The notes: a model not told the origin generated them from the sequence alone. DNA of 64,000 nt from Coraliomargarita sp. (GCA_965216325.1 OZ244160.1:256001-320000), one strand, 5' to 3'. Positions 39,012-55,487 are shown, counted from the first letter of the stretch. Made by a program: numbers and translations.

Positions 39012-39505
39012 CTTCAATATATCGGTTTTTATTATGCCGAGGGGTAGGTGCAAAACCTGAAGATCCCCATCCTCGCTTGGTCGCTCAGCATCGCAGAAGG
39101 TACTAGCAGGGGTGGACTAACACGTGTACTCGTTGTGCAAGTAGTGCCCAACATTTTTGCTGCTTTCCGTATCCACCAGTCAACTACGCGGTCGTATCGA
39201 GCTCCCGGGTCCACTTCAGACAAGTCAGATTGCCTTCACTCTGAGTTAAGAGTTGTTCCCTTGCTGCCCAGAGGGCACCCGCTCGGTCACCCTTCGCTAT
39301 GCTCAGGGCAAACCTGCGGTTTACCATCTACGCGCTGCCGCGCTCCGTCAAACTGCTGCTCATCGAGTTTGGGTGCCTCCTTTTCGATGGTGGTGGCAGA
39401 TGAATGGTGAAGAGTGAATTGTGCTCCGAGAAGCGAAGCGACGACATGGCCGGATGCGACGCAGACCGGATCAGTGTGAGATTCCATTGAAACGTTTCCT
39501 TGGCG

Positions 39506-39796
39506 CTACAATCGATTCTTCCAGTAATTGGGCGCTCGTTTGGCGTGTGCGATCGCGACGACGTAGATTGTGTTCCTTCGTATGTGGTAGGCGATATAGA
39601 ATGGGAAGACGCGGCAGTTGACACGGCGGTAGCACTTGCCACGTAAGCGAGGGAGTGTCGGATGCTGGCGGATGAGCTGCACGCTGCGCTGAATCTCGTC
39701 CTTAAATCGGATGCCGAGCTCTGTCTCGATTTCTTCGTATTCGGTGAAGGCTTCCCAGAATTCAGTTTCAGCCTCTCTGAGAATCTGAACCTGCAT
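39506..39796 (-). CDS. RelE/ParE-family toxin
   Basis: AETEFWEAFTEY...LGIRF...RVFPFYIAY...VVAIAHAKRAPNYW. Confidence 0.88.
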   Translation of the reverse strand: MQVQILREAETEFWEAFTEYEEIETELGIRFKDEIQRSVQLIRQHPTLPRLRGKCYRRVNCRVFPFYIAYHIRRNTIYVVAIAHAKRAPNYWKNRL

Positions 39797-39806
39797 CGCT
39801 CAAGAA

Positions 39807-40028
39807 CTAGGCACTGCGTTGGTCGGCCTCCGCGAAGACTTCGTCAATTGAACGAAACTCGGCATGGCCATTTTCAAGTTTGGCGATCCGGCTGGCGATT
39901 TCCTGTTCCCATGCGCTGTCGATCGCGTCGTCGGACAGGCTGTTGAAGAGACGACTGGCCAAGCGCTCGCGGTCTTTGGCCGAGAGTCGCAGGGCGCGAG
40001 CTTCGATCTCTTTGAGTTCGGAAGGCAT
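39807..40028 (-). CDS. Addiction-module antitoxin
   Basis: ALRLSAKDRERLASRLFNSL...AWEQEIASRI; directly upstream of the toxin. Confidence 0.88.
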   Translation of the reverse strand: MPSELKEIEARALRLSAKDRERLASRLFNSLSDDAIDSAWEQEIASRIAKLENGHAEFRSIDEVFAEADQRSA

Positions 40029-40222
40029 GTTTCTAAGGTAGGTGTGCGGGTGTGAAATGCAAATTGAATTTTACCGCAGAGGGCTGGAGAAGAGTGAAGT
40101 TTGAATGGTGAAGTGTGAAATCTCCATTAATTCATCCTCCGTGCCTTGGTCCGGTTCGCACTGCGACCGGTCTTGTCGTTGCAGTGCTCCTTGGAAGTGG
40201 CCCGTCTTGGTTATCCGTCCAT

Positions 40223-43114
<2,892 letters not shown>

Positions 43115-43146
43115 TGTGAATAGAATGTGAATAAGTTAGCGTTGGT

Positions 43147-43193
43147 GGACTATATGTAGTGTCGAATGGTTAAGTTCAGACTAAATATAGTGT
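43147..43193. promoter_or_regulatory. Tandem NrdR boxes
   Basis: ggactatatgtagtgt (43147-43162) and agactaaatatagtgt (43178-43193), starts 31 bp apart, directly upstream of nrdJ. Confidence 0.85.
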
Positions 43194-43417
43194 CTTTTGT
43201 GACAATTCTAGAAAATGGATGCACGACGAAATTAGCGTAGCTTGTCTGTTTTGAGGGTGGTTACTTTTTACAATTAGTGGGGCTAATTGTTAAAGAAGTG
43301 AAGGGGTGAAACCGCTCTTAATCTTACTCTTAATCCTACTCTTAATCTCTTCTGTTGGGTGGGGGCTGAGGCTCGGTAATTTGGGACCGCGAACGGAGCG
43401 AAGGAACGCAAGGTTTT

Positions 43418-43789
43418 GGCTCGGTTGGGACACAGGCTGGAAGCCTGTGCTACGTTGAAGTGGCATGAATCCGCCTAAAGGCGGGACCCCAACCTGCGGC
43501 TCGGAGGGATTATGATTAAGAGTAGGATTACGATTAAGAGGGGCGACGGCGGATCGGAGGGTGGACACTCTTGTCCACCTTTGGGGGCCTTGAAGTTCGG
43601 ATGTGATGTGCGTGTGGATGGATGCTGTAGGAGCAGGACAGGAGTGTCCTGCCTCCGTTGCTTGGGCTCGGTTAGGACACAGGCTGGAAGCCTGTGCTAC
43701 GTAGAAGTGGCCTGAATCCGCCTAAAGGGGGAACCCCAACCTTTGGCTCGGGGGGATTACGATTAAGAGTAAGATTATGATTAAGAGGG
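43418..43789. repeat. Two 125-bp composite direct repeats built from REP-like palindromes and hexamer repeats
   Basis: 43418-43542 and 43665-43789 are near-identical; an inverted GGAGG..GGACACTCTTGTCC pair lies between them. Confidence 0.85.
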
Positions 43790-43954
43790 AGCGCTGATTC
43801 TTACTCATACTCCTACGCTTAATCTCCAACACTTTGTGTTGGTCACTTTGTGCTTTTATTGGGGGCTTGGATTGTTCATTTTGCGCGGTCTCTTTTCGGA
43901 GCTCGAAGTGGATGGATCTGACCTCTGTCCTCTGATCTCCGAGCTCTGATAAAA

Positions 43955-45871
43955 ATGAAGCAATCTACGACAGCTCAGTGGTCGGTCGCGCAGGCCGAGA
44001 ATTACTACGGCCTGAAGCGATGGGGCGGGGGGCACTTTTCGGTGGACGAGGACGGCTACATGCTGGTGCACCCGTCGGGCGATCAGCGCAGTATCCGCAT
44101 TCATGACATTGTGCGTGAGGCCAAGGAGAAGGGCCTCGAGTTGCCGTTGACGATTCGTATTCAGGACCTGCTGCGCACGCGGGTGGTGGCGCTCAATGAG
44201 ATGTTTGCCGAGGCGATCAAGGACGAGGGCTATCAGGGCAAATACCGTGGTGTGTTTCCGATTAAGGTGAACCAGCTGCGCGAGGTGGTCGAAGAGATCC
44301 AGGATGCGGGCAAGCCGTTCAACTACGGTCTGGAATGTGGTAGTAAGCCGGAGCTGATGATCGCGCTGGCGATGCACAAGAACATGAAGTCGCTCATCGT
44401 GTGCAATGGCTACAAGGATGATGAGTTTATTCGGCTGGCGCTGTTTGGGCGTCGCTTGGGCAAGGAGATCTTTTTGGTGGTGGAGCAGCTCAGTGAGGTG
44501 CCGCGCATTATCCAGATCAGCAAGCAGCTGGGTGTGAAGCCGTTGATCGGTTTCCGGATCAAGCTGTCGACCGCGGGCGAGGGCAAGTGGGCCAGCTCGT
44601 CGGGCGAGGAAGCGAAGTTCGGTCTGACCAGCCCGGAGATTTTGGATGCGGCGCGCCGCTTGAAGCGTGCGGGCTTGGAAGACTGCCTGCAGTTGATCCA
44701 TTTTCATATCGGCTCGCAGGTGCCGAACATTCAGACGATCAAGAAGGCGGCGGTCGAAGCGACGCGCTACTATTGTGAGCTGAGCAAGATGGGCTTCCCG
44801 ATGCGTCTGCTGGATGTGGGCGGTGGCCTGGGGATCGACTACGATGGCTCACGCTCGAACTACGAGAGCTCAATGAATTATACGCTGCGCGAGTATGCGC
44901 GGGATATCGTGTATAATGTGAAGACGGTCTGTGGTGAGGCCGAGGTGCCGGTGCCGGACTTGGTCTCGGAGAGTGGGCGCGCGGTGGTGGCCCCGCATTC
45001 GATTTTGATCACGGAGGTGTGCGACCGCATTTCAAAGACCTCAGTGGCGCCGAAGTTGACCAAGGCGAAGAAGCGCAATCCGGTGATTGCTGCGCTGGAG
45101 AGCGTGCTCCAGAACGAGCACGGATCGAGTGCGATGGAGCGCTATCACGACGCGCAGCAGAAGAAGGAAGAAGCCAACAATTTGTTTAGTCTCGGCTATA
45201 TGGATTTGGCCGAGAAGGCGCAGGCCGATGCGCTGTTTTGGCAGATCTGCAAAGAGCTCGCCGAGCAGGGGAAGGTGGCGAGCTATACGCCGGAGGAATT
45301 GGAATCGCTGCCGCAGAGTATGGCGGAGCAATACGTGTGTAACTTCTCGGTGTTCCAATCGCTGCTGGATCACTGGGCCTGCGATCAGTTGTTTCCAATT
45401 GCGCCTTTGCACCGCTTGAATGAATCGCCGGATGTGGATGCCATTTTGGTCGACATTAGCTGCGACAGTGAAGGGAAGGTCTCGAGCTTTACCGATGTGG
45501 AAGATGAACGCAGCACGCTGCGTCTGCATGAGCTGAAGGCGAAGGATCCTTACTATTTGGGGATTTTCCTAGTGGGCGCGTATCAGGACATCATGGGTGA
45601 CCTGCACAATTTGTTTGGCCGTGTGAATGAGGTGCACGTGTTCCTCGAAGATGATGAGGAAGACGGCTTCTACATCGAAGACAGCATTCAGGGCTTCACG
45701 GTGAATGACGTGCTGGGCTTCACGCAATACGATGGCCACATTCTGACGCGGATGATGAAGAAGCAGGTGGATCGTGCGACTAAGGCCGATCAGATCAAGC
45801 CGCGTGAAGGCACGCGGATGCTCGGTGAGTATAGTAAGTTATTGAAGGGGCATACGTATTTGGCGCGCTAG
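43955..45871 (+). CDS. speA: Biosynthetic arginine decarboxylase
   Basis: VFPIKVNQ, GLECGSKPEL, CNGYKD, HFHIGSQ, DVGGGLGIDYDG, SCDSEG, GAYQDIMGDLHNLFG. Confidence 0.97.
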   Translation: MKQSTTAQWSVAQAENYYGLKRWGGGHFSVDEDGYMLVHPSGDQRSIRIHDIVREAKEKGLELPLTIRIQDLLRTRVVALNEMFAEAIKDEGYQGKYRGVFPIKVNQLREVVEEIQDAGKPFNYGLECGSKPELMIALAMHKNMKSLIVCNGYKDDEFIRLALFGRRLGKEIFLVVEQLSEVPRIIQISKQLGVKPLIGFRIKLSTAGEGKWASSSGEEAKFGLTSPEILDAARRLKRAGLEDCLQLIHFHIGSQVPNIQTIKKAAVEATRYYCELSKMGFPMRLLDVGGGLGIDYDGSRSNYESSMNYTLREYARDIVYNVKTVCGEAEVPVPDLVSESGRAVVAPHSILITEVCDRISKTSVAPKLTKAKKRNPVIAALESVLQNEHGSSAMERYHDAQQKKEEANNLFSLGYMDLAEKAQADALFWQICKELAEQGKVASYTPEELESLPQSMAEQYVCNFSVFQSLLDHWACDQLFPIAPLHRLNESPDVDAILVDISCDSEGKVSSFTDVEDERSTLRLHELKAKDPYYLGIFLVGAYQDIMGDLHNLFGRVNEVHVFLEDDEEDGFYIEDSIQGFTVNDVLGFTQYDGHILTRMMKKQVDRATKADQIKPREGTRMLGEYSKLLKGHTYLAR

Positions 45872-46381
45872 TTGGCTGCGCCAGAGTGGAGAGTGATGGT
45901 GATCATGAGGAGTGCCTGAAGCGGCGCTCTTAATCTTACTCCTAATCTTAATCTCTTTGGAGAGTGTTCGGCTATTGCTCGGTTTGTTTGGGTGTGAAGG
46001 CTTTCGCACGGTTTTATGGGAATGAGGAAGGCAGGAATGTAGGCAGGGCTTGTGCTCTGGGGTGACGCACAAGTGCGCACGCTACGATGGTAGGTGCTCC
46101 ACTTGCCGGAGGTCGCGAGCTTGGCGAGCGGTGGATGCACTGGACGCAGATGCTCCTCCTGGGGTGGGACACAGGCGGGACGCCTGTGCTACGGGAGTGT
46201 GGCTTGAAACCGCCTATATTGCTTCGTCATCTCCGCTTCGCTACGTCGGCAAGTTTATGTCAGGAAAGGCGGGACCCCAAGCTGTAGGCTTTGAGGGATT
46301 TGGAAAGGGCTGGACTGTTGCTGTGGTCTTATTCGTTTTCGGCATTGCCAGTTTTGGGCGAATGTTCAGAGATTCAGGCTT

Positions 46382-46771
46382 ATGGCTAAGGGCAAACAGA
46401 AGATTTCAACAGACGGCGGTGATTCACTGGGAGGCAATCCCTTTGGTGGATTAGACTTGGGCGGACTGCCCGCAGGGCCCGCGAAGGCCGAACCGGTGAA
46501 GGGCGGCAAGGCCAAGCCTGCGAAGCGTGGACGCGTGGAGGTGCGCCGTGAGAAGGCTGGCCGTGGGGGGAAAACGGTGACGACACTGAAGGCCTTTGCC
46601 ACGCATACACCGCTGAAGGATCTGGAGGCCTTGACCTTTGATTTGAAAAAGACCTGTGCCTGTGGGGGCACCCTCAAGGGGCGCGATATTGAGCTGCAGG
46701 GCGATGTCGTGGATCGTGTGCTTGGTGAGCTCAGCAAGCGTGGCTTTCAGCCGGTGCGCTCAGGCGGGTGA
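46382..46771 (+). CDS. SUI1-family translation initiation factor (YciH-like)
   Basis: RREKAGRGGKTVT, LKKTCACGGT, IELQGD. Confidence 0.9.
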   Translation: MAKGKQKISTDGGDSLGGNPFGGLDLGGLPAGPAKAEPVKGGKAKPAKRGRVEVRREKAGRGGKTVTTLKAFATHTPLKDLEALTFDLKKTCACGGTLKGRDIELQGDVVDRVLGELSKRGFQPVRSGG

Positions 46772-46896
46772 GGTACACAATCTTAATCGTAATCTTAATC
46801 CTAATCTGACGTCGTCGGTTCTCACGAAGGCATAGAGACGGATACTCTGAGATTGGGGATTACGATTAAGCGTAGGATTCAGAAGAAGATTGTATG

Positions 46897-46931
46897 AAAA
46901 AGCCCGCAGGCCGGATGGCGCTGCGGGCTTT
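46897..46931. terminator. Intrinsic terminator between convergent genes
   Basis: aaagcccgcag / ctgcgggcttt stem with A/T flanks. Confidence 0.75.
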
Positions 46932-46955
46932 GTGTAATGCTTGCGTGACTACCGC

Positions 46956-50409
<3,454 letters not shown>

Positions 50410-50631
50410 TTGTGTGGTTATGGGTTTCGATTTGATTGAATGAAAGTGACCGAGCAACCGTGCTGGATGGCTGATTAACTGCGGTCAAATCGTGATAACT
50501 GCAAGCGGAACTGGATGGTTTTGCCTGAGCTTATCACAGTGTTATTTTCTATTAGTGGTACTTATTGGCCGTCAACCTATTATTAGTGAGTTCTGTCAGA
50601 TTTTTCAGTTTTGTTGCGGGATTTGCGCACG

Positions 50632-50663
50632 AAAAACCCCGCAGCCAGCAGCATGCGGGGTTT
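50632..50663 (-). terminator. Intrinsic terminator after pntB
   Basis: aaaccccgca / tgcggggttt stem, T-tract on the minus strand. Confidence 0.7.
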
Positions 50664-50681
50664 GTTCAAATTAAGGGTGCT

Positions 50682-52109
50682 TTAGCTGTCCTTGAATTGT
50701 GTGACGAGGCCTGTGACTGTTGCTTTCGCATCACCGTAAAGCATGCGTGTGTTGGGAGCGGTGAACAGGGTATTCTCCAGACCGGAGAAGCCGGCGCCTT
50801 TACCACGCTTCAGGCAGAAGGTGGTCTTGGCCTTATGCGCATTGATGATGGGCATGCCGTAAATCGGGCAGTTCTCATCGTCAGTTGCTGCCGGATTCAC
50901 CACGTCGTTGGCGCCGATCACGATGGCGACGTCGACCATTTCCATAGTCGGGTTGACGTCGTCCATTTCACAGAGTTGTTCATAGGGGACATCGGCTTCG
51001 GCGAGCAGCACATTCATGTGGCCCGGCATACGGCCTGCGACTGGGTGAATCGCGAAGCGCATTTCACAACCGTTGTCTTCGAGTAGCTCGCCGAGTTCTT
51101 TGACGGCGTGTTGTGCCTGTGCGACCGCCATGCCGTAGCCGGGGATGACGACCACGCTCTTGGCGGCTTCCAAAATGTAGTAGGCATCTTCGGTGGAGAT
51201 TGGCTTGAGCTCGCCGGTGCTCTTGCCGCTGGCCTTCTGTGTGGTCGCGCCGAAGCCGGAGAAGAGGACGTTGCTGAGTGTGCGGTTCATTGCTTTACAC
51301 ATGATCACGGTCAGGATGAGACCGGACGCACCGACCAAGCAGCCCGCAACGATGAGGACGTTGTTCGCGATCACGAAACCTGCCGCCGAAGCAGCGAGAC
51401 CGGAGCAGGAGTTGAGCAGTGAGATTACGACGGGCATATCGCCACCGCCGATTGGCATGACGGCGAAGATGCCGAGCACGAGTGCGAGGACGATGACGGC
51501 AATCAACATTGGGTAGGCAATTGAGCCGGTTGGATCGATGGTGAAGGCGATGCCGGTGCCTATGATGCCGAGAGCGAGCAGCGCATTGAATGCCTTCTGC
51601 CCTGGGAAGGTCAGTGCTGTGCCACCGAGCTTGCCGGAGAGTTTGCCCCAGGCGTAGATCGAGCCGGTGAAGGTGATGCCACCGATAAGGATTGCGAGCA
51701 CGGTGACTGCGGCGGTGAATGTATCCACGGTTTCAATACCGGTGGCCTCTTTCAGGTTGCCGAGCACATTACCGTTAAGGCTTGCATAGGCGCGTTGATA
51801 TTCCGCGGCGCCAACGAGCAAGGAGGCGAGTCCCCCGAAGCCATTGAAGAGCGCAACGAGTTCAGGCATGCCTGTCATTTGCACGCGCTTCGCAGCGATG
51901 AAGCCGATAAGCGCGCCCGTCGCGAGTGCGGCGGCCACGAGCAGATAGCTCAACTCCGAGTCGAGTAGGGTGACGATCACTGCGAGGCCCATTCCCATTG
52001 AGGAGATTAGGTTGCCCTTACGTGCAGTGCTCGCGTTGCCGAGCATCTTAATGCCGAAGACAAAGAGAATCGCGGCAACGATGTAAGAAAGGTTAACGAT
52101 TTGGTCCAT
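50682..52109 (-). CDS. pntB: NAD(P) transhydrogenase subunit beta
   Basis: MPELVALFNG, IGGGDMPVV, PGYGMAVAQAQH, HPVAGRMPGHMNVLLAEA. Confidence 0.97.
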   Translation of the reverse strand: MDQIVNLSYIVAAILFVFGIKMLGNASTARKGNLISSMGMGLAVIVTLLDSELSYLLVAAALATGALIGFIAAKRVQMTGMPELVALFNGFGGLASLLVGAAEYQRAYASLNGNVLGNLKEATGIETVDTFTAAVTVLAILIGGITFTGSIYAWGKLSGKLGGTALTFPGQKAFNALLALGIIGTGIAFTIDPTGSIAYPMLIAVIVLALVLGIFAVMPIGGGDMPVVISLLNSCSGLAASAAGFVIANNVLIVAGCLVGASGLILTVIMCKAMNRTLSNVLFSGFGATTQKASGKSTGELKPISTEDAYYILEAAKSVVVIPGYGMAVAQAQHAVKELGELLEDNGCEMRFAIHPVAGRMPGHMNVLLAEADVPYEQLCEMDDVNPTMEMVDVAIVIGANDVVNPAATDDENCPIYGMPIINAHKAKTTFCLKRGKGAGFSGLENTLFTAPNTRMLYGDAKATVTGLVTQFKDS

Positions 52110-52131
52110 TTGTTAAGAAGTCAGGTTCTTT

Positions 52132-52196
52132 GGAGGCAGGACACTCTTGTCCTGCTTAATGTGGCTATTGCTTGCGGATAAGAGTGTCCGCCCTCC
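52132..52196. repeat. Inverted REP-like pair inside the pnt operon
   Basis: ggaggcaggacactcttgtcctgc ... gcggataagagtgtccgccctcc; same family as 43555-43657. Confidence 0.75.
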
Positions 52197-52198
52197 GG

Positions 52199-52477
52199 TT
52201 ATTTTTTCTTTTTGAACATGCCGAGCATGCGGTCGGTCACCATGTAGCCGCCAACGACATTGATCGTCGCAAGCACGATGGCGGCGAAGCCGATCCACAT
52301 GGATGCGGTGTCTGCGGTGGTCTTTACTGCGAGGATTGCGCCGACGACGGTGATGCCCGAAATCGCGTTCGAACCCGACATAAGTGGCGTGTGTAGCTGT
52401 GACGGAACTTTGGCAATGAGCTCAAAGCCGAGGAAGGCCGCTAGCACAAAGATGAACAGGAGTAGGATAAGATCCAT
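52199..52477 (-). CDS. pntA: NAD(P) transhydrogenase subunit alpha, part 2
   Basis: LHTPLMSGSNAISGI, NVVGGYMVTDRML. Confidence 0.93.
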   Translation of the reverse strand: MDLILLLFIFVLAAFLGFELIAKVPSQLHTPLMSGSNAISGITVVGAILAVKTTADTASMWIGFAAIVLATINVVGGYMVTDRMLGMFKKKK

Positions 52478-52561
52478 AGTGTTGTTGGTTGAAAGTTGTA
52501 GGTTGTTTGTAACGGGTTGTTTGCTGGTGTCGTTCAACGGCCAACAAACAACTATCAACGT

Positions 52562-53692
52562 TTAGCTCTTAAATTTCTCGTGGATGATCGCGCCGTCTTT
52601 AGTGATCAGGCAGCCGGAGAGGATCTCGTCTCCGAGATCGTAATTGAAGTCTTTAGCCTCTTCGTCCCAGAAGTGTTCGATGAGGTTATAGAAGTTGGAG
52701 GCCAGCATCAGTGTGGCGTCCTTCGGGTAGTAACCCTCAAGGTTTTCGGGGCCGAGGATACGGACGCCGTTTTCGGTGACGATTTCCTCGCCGACTTTGG
52801 AGCCTTCGATGTTGCCGCCGGACTCAACTGCGAGGTCAACCAGCACGGAGCCAGACTGCATTTGCTCGAGCACTTCCTGGTTGAGGATTTGTGGTGCTTT
52901 GCGTCCAAAGAGTTTTGCGGTGGTGATGACGACATCGGCCCGAGCGCAGGCTTTCGCCATTTCCTGACGTTGCTTCTCCAGCTGCTCGGGAGTCAGTTCC
53001 TTCGCATAGCCTTGATCGGTTTGGCCCGTGTCGCCGAGGTCGACCTTTACGAACTTTGCGCCGAGCGACTTGACTTGTTCCTCAACGACCGGGCGCGTGT
53101 CGAAGGCCTCGACTCGGGCGCCGAGACGTTTGGCGGTTGCGATGGCTTGCAGGCCGGCGACGCCGACACCGATAATAAAAAAGCGGGCGGGGGAGATGGT
53201 TCCCGAGGGAGTCATCATCATCGGCAAGATCTTGCGCATGCGATCCGTCGCAACAGTGACTGCCGCGTAACCGGCAAGGTTCGCCTGTGAGGACAATGCG
53301 TCCATCTTTTGCGCCAGTGTGGAGCGGGGGATCATTTCAAGGCTGATCGCGTTGATCTGCTTGGCCGCGAGCTCGTTGATGAGTTCTGTTTCGTTGAACG
53401 GATCGAGGAAACTGAGGTGCAGCGTGCCGGGCTTGACCAGTTCGAGGTCGGCAGCTTCCGGTTTGCGCACGCGGGCGACGATGTCGGCTTGTTCGTAACC
53501 GGACTTCGCATCAGGCACGATTTTGGCGCCGGCCTTTTCGTAGTCGGCGTCGGTGTAGTCGGATTTTAAGCCTGCACCTGTCTGGACGAGGACTTCCAGT
53601 CCAAGATTACAGAGCTTGGTGACGGTGGGCGGAGCAACGGCTGCTCTGGTTTCAGCCGGGTGTGTTTCGAGTGGAGCGAAAAAGCGCTTCAT
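52562..53692 (-). CDS. pntA: NAD(P) transhydrogenase subunit alpha, part 1
   Basis: AQKMDALSSQAN, GVGVAGLQAIATAKRLGA, VDLAVESGGN. Confidence 0.95.
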   Translation of the reverse strand: MKRFFAPLETHPAETRAAVAPPTVTKLCNLGLEVLVQTGAGLKSDYTDADYEKAGAKIVPDAKSGYEQADIVARVRKPEAADLELVKPGTLHLSFLDPFNETELINELAAKQINAISLEMIPRSTLAQKMDALSSQANLAGYAAVTVATDRMRKILPMMMTPSGTISPARFFIIGVGVAGLQAIATAKRLGARVEAFDTRPVVEEQVKSLGAKFVKVDLGDTGQTDQGYAKELTPEQLEKQRQEMAKACARADVVITTAKLFGRKAPQILNQEVLEQMQSGSVLVDLAVESGGNIEGSKVGEEIVTENGVRILGPENLEGYYPKDATLMLASNFYNLIEHFWDEEAKDFNYDLGDEILSGCLITKDGAIIHEKFKS

Positions 53693-53818
53693 TGTGTTGG
53701 GTTTGTGTTAAGCAAAGATAATATTAAAATCAATGCGTTTAAGTATATCTTATCTGATGGCGCGCAAGCTTAAGTTACGTTAATGCTTATTTTTGAGGTA
53801 GATCCTGACAGCGTGCAC

Positions 53819-53855
53819 AAAAAAAGCTTGGACGCAAAAAAAGCGCCCAAGCTTT
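53819..53855 (-). terminator. Intrinsic terminator after fbaA
   Basis: aaagcttgg / ccaagcttt stem with T-tract on the minus strand. Confidence 0.65.
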
Positions 53856-53878
53856 GTAAAGTTTTTTGCGGTGGCAGT

Positions 53879-54910
53879 TTAGACGGTTCCGAAGATAGTC
53901 TTGCCGTTGGAGCAGAGGTCCTCTGCGGCTTGAACGAGGCGAGCTGCCATGTTCTTTTCAGCCTTCTTGAGGTAGCTGCGTGGGTCGTAGACCTTCTTGT
54001 TGCCCACTTCGCCGTCGATCTTGAGCACACCTTCGATGTTTTCGCCGATGTGAGTCACGATTGGGCGTGTGAATGCGTATTGTGTGTCGGTGTCGATGTT
54101 CATCTTGACGACGCCGTATTCAAGTGTTTCGCGGATGTCGCTGAGCTCAGAACCAGAACCACCGTGGAACACGAGGTCCATCTTTGCGTCTGCACCGTGC
54201 TTTTCAGTTACTGCAGCTTGACCGTCGCGGAGGATGGTTGGCTTGAGCTTAACAGAACCTGGCTTGTATGCGCCGTGAACGTTACCGAAAGTTGCTGCAA
54301 AGAGGAAGCGGCCGATTGGCTGGAGTGCTTCGTAAACTTCGACCATGTCTTCTGGTGTGGTGTAGAGCTTTTCAGCTGGAAGGCCGGATGTGTCGTGGCC
54401 GTCTTCTTCACCGCCGACGCAACCTGCTTCAACTTCGAGGATGATGTCGAGCTCTGCGCACTCCTTAAGCAGCTCTTGAGAGATCTTAAGGTTTTCTGCG
54501 AGGTCCACGACGGAACCGTCGAACATGTGAGATTGGAAGAGTGGGCCCTTGCCTTCGGCGATGCGCTTGCGGGATGCTTCAAGCAGTGGCTTGAGGAAAC
54601 CGTCGACCTTTTCAGGGTGGCAGTGGTCAGTGTGAAGTGCGACGAGCACGTCATACTTCTCAGCAAGGATGTGAGTCGCTTCGGCAAGCACGATTGCACC
54701 GAATGCAGCGTCAGCAACGTCGACACCGGAAGCGAATTGGCCACCGCCAGTGGAAACTTGGATAATACCGTCCGACTTTGCATCCGCAAAGGCTTTAAGT
54801 GCAGCATTGATCGTGGTGATCGATGTGATGTTAACGGCCGGGTAGGCGTAGTTGCCCTTTTGGGCGGCATCGAGCATCGCTTCGTATTGCTTGGGTGTTG
54901 CTACAGGCAT
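53879..54910 (-). CDS. fbaA: Class II fructose-bisphosphate aldolase
   Basis: LHTDHC, SHMFDGS, GGEEDG, FGNVHGAYKPG, VFHGGSGS, KMNIDTD. Confidence 0.97.
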   Translation of the reverse strand: MPVATPKQYEAMLDAAQKGNYAYPAVNITSITTINAALKAFADAKSDGIIQVSTGGGQFASGVDVADAAFGAIVLAEATHILAEKYDVLVALHTDHCHPEKVDGFLKPLLEASRKRIAEGKGPLFQSHMFDGSVVDLAENLKISQELLKECAELDIILEVEAGCVGGEEDGHDTSGLPAEKLYTTPEDMVEVYEALQPIGRFLFAATFGNVHGAYKPGSVKLKPTILRDGQAAVTEKHGADAKMDLVFHGGSGSELSDIRETLEYGVVKMNIDTDTQYAFTRPIVTHIGENIEGVLKIDGEVGNKKVYDPRSYLKKAEKNMAARLVQAAEDLCSNGKTIFGTV

Positions 54911-55135
54911 TTTTCTAATTAGTTCTGATTATTGATTTAGGAGATGAAGTTAGGTTTGCTTATGGGCAACATCTCGTAAGGCAACCATAATTTGTGTCCG
55001 CGCATTTTTTTCAACACAGGAGTTCATTTAATCATGAATTCGGGGGCAGAGAGTCTACGGGTGGTGACAAGTTGCAGGTGTTAAATGGCTCCGATTGCTA
55101 TTGATTTGCTGAATACAGTGGTTCTAAGCTTTGCG

Positions 55136-55310
<175 letters not shown>

Positions 55311-55487
55311 TTTTTTGTATCCGGATCCTTGTATTCGCTGGGCGGGTACAAGGGAGTGACAGTGAAAGTGGAAGTGAGGGTGGCTGCACGCAGTTCTCGT
55401 CGCGTGTCGCTTTAGCACATGCTCTCCGGTGTGAAGGTCACAGTAGCATCGACTGATGCTCTGTGGAGCGCTTGCTACAGCGGCGCG

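Noticed and set aside
39032..39410. Short ORFs (63 and 120 aa) after the CHASE kinase
   Set aside because: No motif support, and they overlap repeat DNA; possibly gene debris
43290..43568. ORFs with NRNP/IKSRIK-like repeats (also 45839-46140 and 3465-4073)
   Set aside because: Translations of intergenic hexamer repeats or antisense overlap, not credible proteins
43418..43789. CRISPR array
   Set aside because: Only two long composite units, no regular repeat-spacer period, no cas genes in the window
53783..54922. 379-aa ORF antisense to fbaA (likewise 3901-5040 opposite serS and 62436-63395 opposite fabF)
   Set aside because: Antisense shadows of highly biased housekeeping genes
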